Shown here piece after piece: positions 1 through 12,330 of a stretch of DNA of 64,000 bases (position 1 is the first letter of the stretch; the number at the start of each line of letters is the position of its first letter). The notes below the pieces were generated by a model, which saw nothing but the letters and a program-made list of their open reading frames with translations, was not told the origin of the DNA and made no database searches. The stretch is from Blastocladiella emersonii ATCC 22665. Lineage: Eukaryota > Fungi > Blastocladiomycota. The stretch spans positions 1,860,001 through 1,924,000 of the forward strand of contig JANHCV010000004.1 of assembly GCA_025594325.1 (NCBI GenBank), read 5' to 3'. A program made the translations under genes and the position numbers.

Positions 1-1452
1 ACATCGAGAAGATCCTGCGCGTGTGGATCAACCTGTTCTACGACGACCTCGTGCTCGCGGGCGCGCAGGCCCCGCTCGCCAAGTTCGTCGCGGACCTCGA
101 GCAGCACGCCGATACCGCGTCCGCTGACGGGTCCATCTTCCACCTCGTCGGGTGCGCGCTCAAGCCGCTGCTCGCCCTGAAAACCAAGAGCGACGTCATG
201 GCGCGCATGGCGCGGCTCGCGGCGGGCGGCGGCGGCGGGGGCGCGGGCACGCCGGGTGGCGGCAGCAGCAGCTCGGACCTCACCGGCCTCGCGGCGGCGT
301 CCGCGGGTCCGATCAACCTCGACACGGCCGAGATCCCGTACGCGCGCGACGCGCTAGCGCGGGCGGACCGGCACTACGCGTCGTCGCTGACGGTGCCCGT
401 ACTGGACGCGGTCGCGCGCCACGGCGTGCCGCGGACACACGGGTTCCTGCGCCCGCTGCGCGAGTACCTGGCGTACGCGACGGGGCTGCAGCGGTGGGTG
501 CTGCACTCTGTCGAGGCGCAGCCGACGGCGAAGCGGCGCGCCGTGGTCGTCAAGCGGATGCTCAAGCTGGCCACGGCGTTAGGGGATGTGGGCGCTCTGA
601 ACGCGGCGGCCGTCGTCGCGGGCGCGCTCAAGCACCCGTGGATCGTGTTCCAGCGGCCCGTCTGGGAGCTGCTCAGCGGCAAGTACATTCTCATGATGCG
701 CGCGCTGCTCGAGCTCGTCGACGAGAGCGACCACTACGCGCACTACATCTCGGCGCTCACGTCGGCGCCCGCGCCCGCGGGGAACGGGATCGCGGAGACG
801 CCGCAGGCCAAGGCGCCGTTCCTCGGTACGATTCTGCGCTTTTCCCCGATAAGACGCTGTTCGCTGACCCTTCGTAACGCACGATTTAGCCCTGCACATC
901 CTCCTGGCAGCCGCGTACCCGACCGACTTCTCGTCGGACACGACGTCCAAGTGGATGGCGCTGTACCAGCCGCTGGTCAAGATCCTGCTCGACATCCAGA
1001 TGCAAACGGGGTCGACGCAGCCGCTGCCGCCGCCCGACGCGGCGCTGACGGCGTTCCTCGCGGGCCAGCCGCCGTTCGACGCCGTGGCCGCGTGGCAGCG
1101 CGATATCCGGCTCGCCGACGACGCCGCGGTCCAGGCCATGATCAAGGCGTACCGGACCAGCAGCGCCGGCGGGACCGGCCGGTCGGGGCCCGGGCACGCC
1201 GCGTCGGCGTCGCTCCTGCGGTCCGTGTCCGGGTCCATCGCGCACATCTTTGGCGGAGGCGGCGGCGGGGGTGGTGGACAAGGCCGGCCGCGAATCGCGA
1301 GCGGGAACATTGCCGCCGCTGCTGCGCCTGTGCCTTCGGAAGGGGCAGCGGCGATGGGGATGGATCCAGGCACGGAGCGCGACTTCTCGACGCTGTACGG
1401 GCTCGCCGAAGACCCGGCGCGGCGAACGAGCGCGGTGCAGGAGGAGGAATGA
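1..1452 (+). CDS. RasGEF (CDC25-type) domain protein, 5'-partial; intron 826-910
   Basis: REM-like 'LRVWINLFYDD' then CDC25-like 'RRAVVVKRMLKLATALGDVGALNAAAVVAGAL..W..L' and 'APFLG'. GTACGA..CAG intron joins to the frame ending at TGA 1452. Confidence 0.75.
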
Positions 1453-1523
1453 CGGGCAGCACGACAGGATACATCCTTCTAGCTAGCAATGGTGTGCGTG
1501 TATGCATCAGCGAAATCTATCAC

Positions 1524-2432
1524 TCAAAACTTGGCCGCGGCAACAACCGGCGTGGTGCCAGGATGCAGCGGCGCCTCGTGGTACTTGGGCACGGTGTGCG
1601 GGAACGGCCAGTCGTCGTGCTCGGGCCACTTCCACTCGAGGTGGGTCTCGCGGAACACGTCGACCGACTTGCACTCCTTGAACCGCAGCTTGCTCTCGAA
1701 CAGCTTGCGCGACGCGACGTTGTCCCACCCGACAATCGCGCGGAACACGGACACCTCGGCGGGCTGCACGGGCGCCGCGTCCGACGGCGCCGCCTTGACG
1801 TTGGTGATGGGCACGTGTGAGGGGACCGCCGCGCGCAGGTCCGACCGGATGTGCGCGCGCGCGTACGCCATGATCCACGCCAGCGCGCGCTGCGCCAGCC
1901 CGTGCCCGCGCGCCGACGGCTCGGCGACCATGATCTCGACCTCGGCGGTGCGGTACAGCGGGCGCGAGTCGGTCGCGGACGGCTCCGCGTCTGCGTCCTC
2001 CTCGTCGTCGTCCTGGTAGTACGGGTGGAAGAACAGGTTGACGTCGCCGACCATCCCACCCAGCCCGCGCAGCTGGTCAGCGGCGGCGGGGTCGAGGGCG
2101 AGGGCTTCGTCGGGCTCGGCCTCGTCGGTGCGCGTGAGCGCGGCCGGGTCGTAGTTGAGCGGCAGGCCCGACCACGCCAGGATGAAGGTCAGCTTGTCGG
2201 GGTCCTCGCGCCACGACTGCTGCATCGCATACTCCTCGCGCAGCGACAGCGGCTCCGACGCCGTGGCGGCGAGCAGCTCGGGCGACTGCATCCACTCGTG
2301 GTACTTGGGGACGTGGCACGGCAGGTACGGCACCAGCGACAGGCGGCCCGCCGGCGGGTGGTGCGCCGCGACGGCGGCGTCGGCCGCGGTCGACGGGACC
2401 TCGGTCAGAATCGTGTTCGCATTGAGACGCAT
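1524..2432 (-). CDS. NAT9: GNAT N-acetyltransferase, NAT9-like
   Basis: 'LVPYLPCHVPKYHEWMQSPELLAATASEPLSLREEYAMQQSWREDPDKLTFI', 'MVGDVNLF', 'AEVEIMVAEPSARGHGLA', 'NVASRKLFESKLRF'. Single exon; ATG at 2432 in ACC-ATG context. Confidence 0.88.
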   Translation of the reverse strand: MRLNANTILTEVPSTAADAAVAAHHPPAGRLSLVPYLPCHVPKYHEWMQSPELLAATASEPLSLREEYAMQQSWREDPDKLTFILAWSGLPLNYDPAALTRTDEAEPDEALALDPAAADQLRGLGGMVGDVNLFFHPYYQDDDEEDADAEPSATDSRPLYRTAEVEIMVAEPSARGHGLAQRALAWIMAYARAHIRSDLRAAVPSHVPITNVKAAPSDAAPVQPAEVSVFRAIVGWDNVASRKLFESKLRFKECKSVDVFRETHLEWKWPEHDDWPFPHTVPKYHEAPLHPGTTPVVAAAKF

Positions 2433-2773
2433 GGTGCTAGGTTTGTGTTGATTCGTTGGGTTGCGGAGGGAGGGGAGGGGACCGCGGCTGGTCTTATACT
2501 CTCGGCCCGATGAAAGTTGCTTCGCGACGCGCCGGGCCACGCTTCCAGAACCACCCGCGCGCGATGAACGTGTCACGATTGCTCACGATCGACGTCATCG
2601 ACAGGGACGGCGAAACATCACGTTTTCAGGCCGAGTGTCTCGCGGCGACGTGGTCGGCTGCTGCTTCGCCACCCGCCGACCCGACCCCGGCCGACCCGAC
2701 CCGACCACTCTAGATTCAGGCTTGCTCGCATACGTTTCGCTGACGCGCTCTGACTCGCGCTCCATGCACATGC

Positions 2774-4200
2774 ACTCGACGACCATGCTCGCAACCCGGT
2801 CCATGATGTCACGCTACGGCGGCGGCAGCGTCGCGCGGACCGCCCTGTGCCGCGCCGCCGCCCGCTCGCTGCACGCGTCGTCCTCGGCCCCGGCGATCGG
2901 CGACGAGTCCGCGGTCCTGCCGCCGCTTCCGCGCACGTCGGCCAAGTCGCCGGCGTTCGTGTTCGACGTGGACGGCGTGCTGGTTCAGGGCGGTCGTGTG
3001 CTGCCCGAGGCGCGGCGCGCGCTGGCCGTGGTCAACGGCGACAACCCGCGCAACGTGGCGATCCCGCACCTGTACCTGACGAACGGCGGCGGGGTCACCG
3101 AGGCCGCCAAGGCCGAGGAGCTCGCGGCCAAGTTCGGTGTCCCCGTCAAGCCCGAGCAGGTCGTCCTCTCGCACACGCCGATGCGCGAGCTCGCGGCCAC
3201 GTTCGCGGATCGGTGGGTCATGGCCGTCGGCGGCGCCGGGAACAACGCGAAGCGTGTGCTTGAGAGGTACGTGGATCGCTTATGGTGTTGAGGACTGTGG
3301 CTCACGCGCCGTCGGTATAGCTACGGGTTCAAGAAGGTCGTCACGCCGTACGAGATCCACAACTGGCAGCCGAGCATCTACCCGTTCTGCGAGGCGAGCG
3401 ACGCCGCCAAGGCGCTGCACGTACGGCCTTCCCTCGCGTCCCTTTGACCTCGTCGTACTGACGCGCCCCTCACTGTAGACCCCGCACCCGGACTTCTCCC
3501 GCGTCGACGTCTCCGCGATCCTGGTCCTGCACGACTCGCGCGACTGGGGCACGGACCTGCAGATCATGGTCGACGTACTGCGTACGCCGCGCGGCAACCT
3601 GGGCGTGACGCAGCCGCGCGCGGGGCAGACTACGCCCAACCCCTTGGTCCTTGCGGCGCTCAACCAGCAGCACGTCCCCATCTACTTCTCGAACCCGGAC
3701 TTTCTGTGGGCCAACAACTACCCGGTGCCGCGGTTCGGGCAGCGCGCGCTGCGCGTCGCGCTCGAGGCCATGTGGCGCGAGCTGACGGGCGCCGACCTCA
3801 CGTTCACCAGCTACGGCAAGCCCGAGACCAACACGTACAAGTACGCGTACGCGCTCCTGCACCAGCAGATCCATGACGGCAAGGCGCCGCCGCCGACCCA
3901 CGCGCTCGACGCGAAGAGTATTGCCAACTGCGTGAATGACCGGTTCGAGGTCTATGGTACGGCTTCCCCTCGCCTCACTCGTTCCGCGCAACGCTCACAC
4001 TCCCGAGCACCTAGCCGTCGGCGACAACCCGGCCGCCGACATCGAGGGCGCGCACCGGCACGGGTGGCACGGGCTGCTGGTCCGCACGGGCGTGTACCAG
4101 CGCGGCGCCGCCAAGCTCACGGTCCCGACCACGCGCATCGAGGACCACGTCGAGGACGCCGTCAAGTACGTGTACGAGCGCCACTACGGGCAGCACTAGA
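2774..4200 (+). CDS. HAD-superfamily subfamily IIA hydrolase (CECR5/HDHD5-like, probably mitochondrial); introns 3267-3320, 3421-3478, 3957-4014
   Basis: Motif I 'FVFDVDGVL', 'LTNGGG', 'HDSRDWGTDLQI', 'NPDFLWAN', 'YGKP', motif IV 'AVGDNPAADIEGA', 'LLVRTGVY'. Arg/Ser-rich N-terminus. Start codon uncertain among several nearby ATGs. Confidence 0.85.
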
Positions 4201-4255
4201 TCATGATGTTGTGGACTGGTACAGATTGGTGATGATACATGACTCGCGCGTTGCG

Positions 4256-5935
4256 TTACTTGGCCTCGTTCAGGCACTCGGCGCACGTCTCCTTGCCGTC
4301 GACCACGGCGAACGCCTTGCCCGCGAGCTCGATGCTGCACGACGCACAACGGAAGCACTACGGCTCGGGAGGGAGCGAGCGGGTGTGAGCGCTGGTCGGC
4401 GAGCGAGTGTGGTTGAGAACGTACGCCAGAGTGCACGGTGCCGCTCTTGATCCGGACGAAGGCGCCCGTGATGGGGAAGGTGCACTTGGCACACAGCTCG
4501 CGCGTCTGGCACTACGCAGTCGCAGACACGAGTCAGTCGAGGAGCGGTTGCGAGGGGCACAGGAACGTACGTCGGGGTGCATGATCTCGCCGTTCTCGGT
4601 CGCGTACGACCCGTCGATCGGCAGCTTGCACTACACGTACTCGCGCGCATAGTCAGTACACTCGTCCGACTGACAATCCGCGGTCGACCGTACCTTGTGG
4701 CACACAAAGCAGTCGGTACACCGCGTCTCGCCGCCGGCCAGCGTGACGATGGCCGTGAAGATGGGTTTGGCGCACTTGCCGCACACAGCGCGGTTCGCGA
4801 ACACGCCGGGCACCGTGACCGTCGTCCGCGGCGCACTCGCCGTGGCCTCGGCCTTGGCCTTAACCTCGGCCGCGTGGCACGCGAGACACAGCGGCTTCCC
4901 CGCGCGGTCAACAAACTGGTCGCCGGGCGGCTGCCCGCACGCCAGGCACACGAAGCACGCGGCGTGGAACTCCTTGCCGAGCGCGATCGTGTGGGTGCCG
5001 AGACCGAGCGGCTTGGTGCACGCCGCACACGTCCCGTACGCCGTTGGCGCGGTGCCGCGCTGTGGCTGCGTCTGGTAGTCGAGCACCTCGCGCGCGTTCC
5101 CCGCCGCAGGCGCGCCGGAAGACGAGACGTCTGGGACCGGCCGAACGGCCCAGCAGCTCAAGCAGTACGGCTCGTCGGGCCGCTCGCGCGTCCGCCGCGC
5201 CTTCTCGGGCGAAAGCCGGTCGTAGCACATGGTGCACCGCAGCTCGCGCTCGTCGTCGTCGTGTGCGCGCGCGTTGACGGGCGGATGGGACGGCGCGGTC
5301 GAGGCGGACGGGAGCGGGTGGTGCTTCGCGGGGGCTGCGGGAGCAGTGACGAGGGGAGCCGATACGGGCTTCGCGGGTGAGGTACCGACGAGTGTAGGGG
5401 TGGCAGCGGCAGGCGAGGGCCGCGCGAACACGGGCTTGGTCGCCGGAACCGACGGCGCGGCCACCGCCGACGAGAGGTAGAGGGGTTTCGTGGCCGGGAT
5501 CGACGCCGGGAACACGGGCTTCGTCGCGGGCACGGCGGGCGACGCCCCAACCTTTGGCGGGGTCGTTGGCCGCGGAGGCACCGGCGCAGGGGCACCAGCA
5601 GCGCGCGGCGCGATCCCGTGGACCACCACCGGCTTGTGCACCGGGACAGGCGGCGGCGCGACCTTGCGCGCGGCCGACGGCGAGCCGGGCGGGCTCAAGA
5701 TGTCGCGCATCGGGCGCATGTCAAAGGCGCGCGCCGACGCGGTCGCGGGAGCCGCTGGCGCGTCGTGGGCGCTGAAGCCGCTCGAAAGGCCTAGACGCGG
5801 TCCGGGTGAGGATGGGTGCGAGGATCAGAGAGGGAGGGCGGGAGGGCACGGACTCTCCTTGGCTGCGCCACCGCACGCCGCGCACGCGGTCGAGCCGGCG
5901 CGGATGATCTCGCCGCAGTCCTGGCAGAAGGGCAT
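4256..5935 (-). CDS. LIM-domain zinc-finger protein with Pro-rich middle; multi-exon
   Basis: N-terminal 'MPFCQDCG..CAACG'. LIM motifs 'CAACTKPL..HAACFVCLAC..LCLACH', 'CGKCAKPI..CTDCFVCHK' and a final 'CSIEL..TCAEC'. Stop at 4256. Confidence 0.8.
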
Positions 5936-6132
5936 CGCTTTGGGTCGATTCGTAGTGTGATGCGTAGCAGATCGGTGGGTTGCTGGCGAGGGAGAGAGAG
6001 AGAAGAGCGGCGGCGCCAAGAGCGGCGAGGTCGCGTCGGTCGGCGCCGCGCCACACGTGCGGCCTCGAACCCGTTTCGATCGCCGCTCCTTCTCCCTCTC
6101 CCTCCCATCGAGATCGCCCTCCAAATTCTGCA

Positions 6133-7595
6133 ATGCAAACACGTAGCTCGTTGCGCAACGCGAGCCTCGGCGCCGTCGTCCACGGATCGCTCCTCGACGG
6201 ACTCGTCGCCGTCAAGCCCGAGCCTGGGACCGAGCCGGCGGCGGCGGCCTCCACCTCTCCCGAGCCGCCCGCGCCCAAGAAGCGCCGTGCCCGCGGGGTC
6301 AAGGCGGAGCCCGGCCTGGGCCTGCCGGAGCTCGAGGTCAAGGTCGAGCTGCCGCTGATCAAGGCCGAGCCTGGGCTCGATGCCTCGGCGGCCGCGGCTG
6401 CGGCCTTCCCAACGCCGATCTCGGCCAACCCCGCCGTCAAGTCCGCGGGCGCCGCGCCCGACGTCAAGCTCCCGCGCAAACGCATCACCAAGCCGAGCCC
6501 GTCTTTGCCGGCGACGCCCGTCGACGCGCCCGCCGGCTGGGAGCCCGTGTACGCCTCGATCCTGGCGTGGCGGCGGACCGTGATCGCGCCCGTCGACACG
6601 GTCGGGTGCGGCAGTCTGGCGGACCCGGCGGCCGACGACGTGACGCGCCGGTTCCACACGCTCGTCGCCCTCATGCTGTCGTCGCAGACGAAAGACGAGG
6701 TTACGGGCGCCGCCATGGCGAACCTCAAGGCCAAGGGGCTGACGGTCGACAGCGTGCTCGCATGGTCCGACGCTGAGCTCAACGCGGCCATCTGCAAGGT
6801 CGGGTTCCACCGCCGAAAGACCGAGTATATCAAGAAGACGGCCGCCGTGCTCAAGGAGAAGTATGGCGGGGATATTCCGCCTACTGTTGACGAGTTGATT
6901 GCCTTGGTACGTGCACCTCGGCTCTGCCTGGTTGATGGCTTGCTGGCTTACACTCTGCACGCGTAGCCCGGCGTCGGCCCCAAGATGGCCTACCTCACCA
7001 TGCAGCACGCGTGGGGCCAGAGCGACGGCATTGGCGTCGACGTGCACGTCCACCGCATCTCCAACCGCCTCGGCTGGGTCAACACCAAGACCCCCGAGCA
7101 GACTCGCCTCGTACGATTGCTCCGTTTGACCATCCAGTTCGGGCGCGAATTGCTGACTCTTGATCCCTTACCCGCTACTAGGCACTTCAATCGTGGCTCC
7201 CGCGCGACAAGTGGGGCGAGATCAACTCGATGCTCGTCGGCTTCGGCCAGGCCAACTGCTTCCCGCTGCGCCCGCTGTGCGCCGCGTGCCCCGTCCAGAT
7301 GCAGTGCCCGAGCTCCGAGCTGCGCATCCCGGCCCAGGACTCGAAGAAGCCCACCGCGGCCAGTGGCGCCAGCAGCAAGAAGAAGCAGAAGAAGCGCAAG
7401 CGCGCCGCCAGCGAGACCGAGAAGAGCGAGGCCGAGTCGATGCCCGAAACGTCCGAGGACGACGAGGCGACACCGCCGCCGTCGTCGTCGTCGCGTTCGA
7501 CTCGGCGCCGCAAGGCTCCCGCTGCGCAGTCTGCCGACGCGAGCGGCAATGAGAGCAGCGAGCTGAGCGATGTCGACGACGGCGACTACGCTTAG
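6133..7595 (+). CDS. NTH1: Endonuclease III homolog (DNA glycosylase/AP lyase); introns 6907-6966, 7111-7181
   Basis: '[19 protein letters not shown]', 'KVGFHRRK', HhH motif 'LPGVGPKMA', '[15 protein letters not shown]', 'LVGFGQ', 4Fe-4S motif C-x6-C-x2-C-x5-C. Confidence 0.95.
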
Positions 7596-7658
7596 ACGCA
7601 GGAAGAGTCGCAAAACCGTTTTTATCTTATATATACCGCCCAAGAGTCCGCTCCTTCC

Positions 7659-8476
7659 TCACGGTCGCGACCCGCCAAACGACTGCATCCCCGAGGAGAA
7701 CCCGTCAAACTCGCCTGACGCGTCCACGCCTGGCGCGCGCTGCGCGTTGACGGCGGCCTTCTGCAGCCGCTTGATGTTCTGGAACGCGCGCGTGAAGGTC
7801 GGGCGCAGCTCGTTGAGCTCCATGAGCGACAGGTTGTCGACGCGGATGTGCGAGTACCCCATCACGTCCACGCCCGACCGCGTCTTGGACCGCCGCGCCT
7901 CGCGCAGGTCCTGCAGCAGTGTCTGCACCGCGTGCACGTCCGGGATGTCGTCTTTGGCGCTACACGCGAGGGCAACGAGGGTTAGTGAGAGGGTGTGAGG
8001 GATGGACGGAGCGTCAGGAGCGTACCCCTCGAGGATCAGCTTGGCCACCTCCATGTAGTGGAACGGAAGCGAGCAGAACTCGTCGTTGGTCTGCTCCTCG
8101 GTCAGCTTCTGCGTGAGGTGCTCTGCTCGGCCCGCACGTTGGTCAGTCTCGGATGCGCCTCACGGTAGACGCGGACGCGACACGCACCAACCGTCATCCA
8201 CGCTGGCGGTTTCACGATGCACATGCCGCGCTTCTTGAGGACGAGCGCCAGCCAGAGCGGCACCGTCGCGGATCGTGGCGGCTGGAACGGGCCGACTGGT
8301 CCCTACCCGTCGTCGGGTTCGCGTCAGCCCGCCTGTTCGCCGTCGACATAGAGAGTTCAGTCGCATACGCGGATCAGCTCAATCTCGGGTAGCCGTGCGA
8401 GCGGCTCGATGGTGATGGGCTCGTTCTCGGCGAGAAACTCGATCTCGGCCGGCGTCAGGGTGCCGAGGTGCGCCAT
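7659..8476 (-). CDS. PSF2: GINS complex subunit Psf2; multi-exon
   Basis: 'TPAEIEFLAENEPITIEP', spliced 'GPFQPPRSATVPLWLALVLKKR', 'MEVAKLILE', 'LLQDLREARRSK', 'NLSLMELNELRP'. Confidence 0.92.
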
Positions 8477-9145
8477 GGCGACGTTGATGTGTTGCAGTAG
8501 GTGTCAAGAGGGCGACGTCGTCGTGGACGGCCAGAGTTACATGAGACTGCGAGTGATCGGCGTCGTCTTGCTCGCGGCTTCATCTCGACCGGCGACTCGC
8601 GACGCGTCGTCCGCTCCACCTCCTCCCGCTCTCCCTCTTCGTCGCGACGGCCTCGGGCCCGACCACGTCGCCATGATCGACTCTCATGAGTGCAACAGCC
8701 GAGAGGATCCCGACCCGGCCCCCTCCCATGCCGGCCGCCGTTAGGGGCGTCAGGATCCGCCTCGGGAACACCAGGCGGTCCTCGTTGTGGAGTCTACAGT
8801 ATCACTATTTGCGGCCGCGTCGACGTCACTGCATGTCCCGAGTGGAGCGTGGCTCGGGAGTTCAAGCCCCCCTTCAGAGAAAGCGTCGCAGCGCACGTTC
8901 TTGGTCGGGGACGCGTCGGCGCGTGGGTTACTTTCCTGCTTTCTTAGCGGTCGCGTTTTTGACCTTCCTCGCTTCCCGGACCTTCTTGCGAAGATGTGGC
9001 AGCGAGCGTTGTGCGACTCGTTGGGGAGGCCGCGCTCACCGTTGCCCGCCCGCGAGGGTATAAAACGCGGCCGGCCCCCACGCCTGGCGCTCGCTCCCCA
9101 TCAACGTATCGTTGTCCCGCTACGAATCAACACCCACGTAACACC

Positions 9146-9621
9146 ATGTCCCAGGTTGACGCCATCGAGATCACCGTTGGTGCGTGCCGCTGCTGGCTCC
9201 GCGACGCGTCGCTTGAGCTCGGTCGCTGACGCCAGCGACCATCGCGCCCTTCGTGTTCGTAGTCGAGGCCCGCCACCTCGACGGCGAGGACGGCATCCTC
9301 GGCCGCAAGTCGGACCCGTACGTCATCGTCCACGCCGGCATGACCCACAAGCACAAGACGGCCGTCCAGCACAAGACCGTCAACCCCGTCTGGAACGAGA
9401 AGTTCGTCCTCACCAAGGGCACCTTCTCTAACAAGATCCACGTCGAGATCTATGATGAGGATTTTGGGCCCGATGACAAGCTCGGGTTCCTCGAGATCAA
9501 CGTCGAGGACGTTGTGCGCAACGGGCACCTCGACATGTGGTACCCGCTGACCAACAAGTCGGGCAAGAAGGTCGCCAAGGGCGAGATCCACCTCATCCTG
9601 CGCCCCGTCTCGCGCATGTAA
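9146..9621 (+). CDS. Stand-alone C2-domain protein, copy A; intron 9180-9261
   Basis: 'IEITVVEARHL..GKSDPYV..KT..QHKTVNPVWNEKF..EIYDEDFGPDDKLG'. TATAAAA at 9059. Confidence 0.88.
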
Positions 9622-9839
9622 GCTGCGCGAGCGCAGAACGAGCGGTTGTGGCCGTGCTAAGCCGCGGAGCGTGTGAGTTGTACAGTAATATCACAGGGTT
9701 TCTCTCCCTGCATCGCACCTCGTCTCCTGCCCCTCGTCTCCGCTCCTTGGGAGCCGGCCCATCATAGTCCGCTTTGAGCTTCACTAGAGACACTCGTGAG
9801 ACGTGTGGGACGTGTGCGGGAGCGGTTCGAAGGTTGATG

Positions 9840-9871
9840 CCGCGGTCACATGATATCGAAACGCGTCTCGC
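9840..9871 (+). promoter_or_regulatory. Dispersed 32-bp element CCGCGGTCACATGATATCGAAACGCGTCTCGC (also 26531-26562; variant 11892-11922)
   Basis: Exact 32-nt match between 9840 and 26531. Contains GTCACATG (E-box-like) and ACGCGT (MCB-like). Function is inferred. Confidence 0.5.
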
Positions 9872-11138
9872 CTGCGAGACACGCGGCGCGTGAAGACGTC
9901 GTGCTCTTTTTCAACACAGTACACCCCTTCTTAAAGGTGTTGCAGCGACGGAGGAAGCATACAGTGAAGCAATCCGCGCGAGGGGTTGCGCGAGTGCCTC
10001 AGCGATGACTGAGCCGCGGCGACGAGGGGGTCCGCTGTACATCGTTCATGAGGACCAAAGTGAAGCGGCTTGGAGTTGTGCAAACGTAATGTCATGTTTG
10101 AACGGCGCCAACAGCAAGCGGTTGTGCGCAACCGTTTTCCTCATGTCATAAGCCGTTACAGGTAGCGCGAGCCAGCGACCGCGCGTAACCTGAATGCAAG
10201 GTTGAGCGGCGCGCGACGGCGAGCCTAGTTGTACGTGTAAGACAAACTTGCCTACGTGCGGGCGTCCAGCAGCACACAGAGAAGCGTCCAGCAGCACACC
10301 GAGTAGCATACACGGGTGAGTCGGCGCTCACACGACCAAGCGCAAACAGCTGTTCCGCGACCCTGGGCCACAGATCGTTCAGCACGGCGGGTGTAGGGCG
10401 CTGTCTAGACGCTACTACGCGCCTCACCGGCTGGAGGGCGGGGACATTTCGCGACCCGAGGCCAAACGCCACACATCCGACGAGCTACGTCGCGCCGGCG
10501 CCCAGGAGCGGCCGCACGCCCGATTCAGACCGACACTCAAGTTCATGTGTTCTCCATGGCAACAAGAGTGCGTTGCATCAATTAGCAAGACAATGTATAC
10601 ATGAACGGCATCAGGAGAGGCACGAGCGTGCGGAGCGGTGACCAGCGCGCCCTCACTGTCTGGTTCGCCATCACCCCCTGCGTCAACCCGGGCGCAACTC
10701 TGACTTGCACGGCGACCGAACCTCAACCATGGCGTGGAGGGCACTCGTGCTGCCGTCCGCCGCGGTCTTCGTCGCCGACGTCAACGCGGTTGAGGGCGGC
10801 CCTGCCGCCCACGGCGACGCTCTCCGAAGTTGGGCCCTTGCTGCCGTTGCTGCCTCGTTGAGCGCCAAGCCTCGCTTCGCGTGGAAACGCGTCGAAAACC
10901 GCGGCAGAAAACGGCCCTCTTGTCCGAACACCAACGCAAACGCGAGCAGGGCTGCCCACGCGTTGCGGCTCGAAGCCCGAGCTGCCGCCTTCCGTAACCT
11001 TTTTCGGCAGGAGGGTGCCTTTCGATTCCATCCGTGCCGACCGTTTGCCGCACGGCCGGAGTATAAAAGGTGGGTGATCCCCCCGCCCCAGCTCTCGCTC
11101 TCAACGAACGTATCAATCACGTATCAACACCCCCCAAG

Positions 11139-11654
11139 ATGATGTCCCAGACCGCCTACGCTAACCAGGCCCATGCTGCTCATGGCGCCGGCATCGTCGA
11201 TGCTATCGAGGTCACCGTTGGTGCGTGCTGCCACCGCCACCGCGACGCGTCGCTCAAGCGCGGCCACTGACCACGGCCACACGCCCCTCCTTTAGTCGAG
11301 GCCCGCCACCTCGAGGGCGAGGACGGCCTGCTCGGCCGCAAGTCGGACCCCTACGTCATCGTGCACGCCGGCATGACGCACAAGCACAAGACCGCGGTGC
11401 AGCCCAAGACCGTCAACCCTGTCTGGAACGAGAAGTTTGTCCTCACCAAGGGCACCTTCTCGAACGAGATCACCGTCGAGATTTTCGATGAGGATCGTTT
11501 TCGCGATGATTACCTTGGCAAGGTCGTCATCAACGTCGACGACATTGCGCGCAACCGCGGCCTCGACATGTGGTTCCCGCTGACCAACAAGAAGGGCAAG
11601 AAGGTCGCCAAGGGCGAGATCCACCTCATCCTGCGCCTCGTCTCGCGCATGTAA
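11139..11654 (+). CDS. Stand-alone C2-domain protein, copy B; intron 11221-11295
   Basis: Paralog of copy A with the same intron position and 'FDEDRFRDDYLG'. TATAAAA at 11062. Confidence 0.88.
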
Positions 11655-12159
11655 GTCGAAATGGAGTTCTGCGCGCGGCCATGGTGGTGCACGGTTGCGA
11701 AGAGTGCGAGTTGTACAGTAATACCACAGGAATTTCCTCCCTGTCCCTCAATCGTCACTGTCTGCCGCTTCGCGCTCCTACTCGTACGCGACTCGTACCA
11801 CTCTCTCTCTCTGAGCTCAAAGACCTGTTCCCGACCTCACTGAACTGGCGTGGGGTGGTGAGGGAACACATCGGTCGCGGAGGTGGATCGGCGCGGTCAC
11901 ATGATATTGGAACGCGTCTCGCGTGCGCGAGACACGTCGGCGAGCTGCCCAGCATTTCACGCGACAACCGTCATCGTGCATCATACGTAATGTCGCAAAG
12001 AGCCGGTTGTATTCAGCTCCAAGTTGCAACAACGCTGAGAAGCAGGCCTTCGTGGACTGGTGGGGTTTCATGAGCTGCGCCAGCGAATCCTCGCTGAGGG
12101 TTGCTTGGCGACTGGAATGGGCGAAAAGTGCTGGGAAGATATCAAGAAATCATAGTTAA

Positions 12160-12330
12160 AACGTCACCACGGCCACTCGGTCTGCTCGTGCACACGACTT
12201 ACATGCGCGAGACGGGGCGCAGGATGAGGTGGATCTCGCCCTTGGCGACCTTCTTGCCCTTCTTGTTGGTCAGCGGGAACCACATGTCGAGGCCGCGGTT
12301 GCGCGCAATGTCGTCGACGTTGATGACGAC
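12160..12330 (-). pseudogene. Inverted 3' fragment of a C2-domain gene (copy C)
   Basis: Reverse complement encodes 'VVINVDDIARNRGLDMWFPLTNKKGKKVAKGEIHLILRPVSRM*' plus ~35 nt of 3'UTR. Similarity stops abruptly at 12330. Confidence 0.85.

Noticed and set aside
21-1820. 599-aa ORF read straight through to 1820
   Set aside because: After 825 it runs through an intron into a non-coding frame; the true C-terminus is in the 955-1452 frame.
9900-10680. Lower-GC spacer with a 16-nt direct repeat (GCGTCCAGCAGCACAC x2, ~10262-10299) as a TE remnant
   Set aside because: No coding motif, TIR or second copy visible; it cannot be distinguished from ordinary intergenic DNA.
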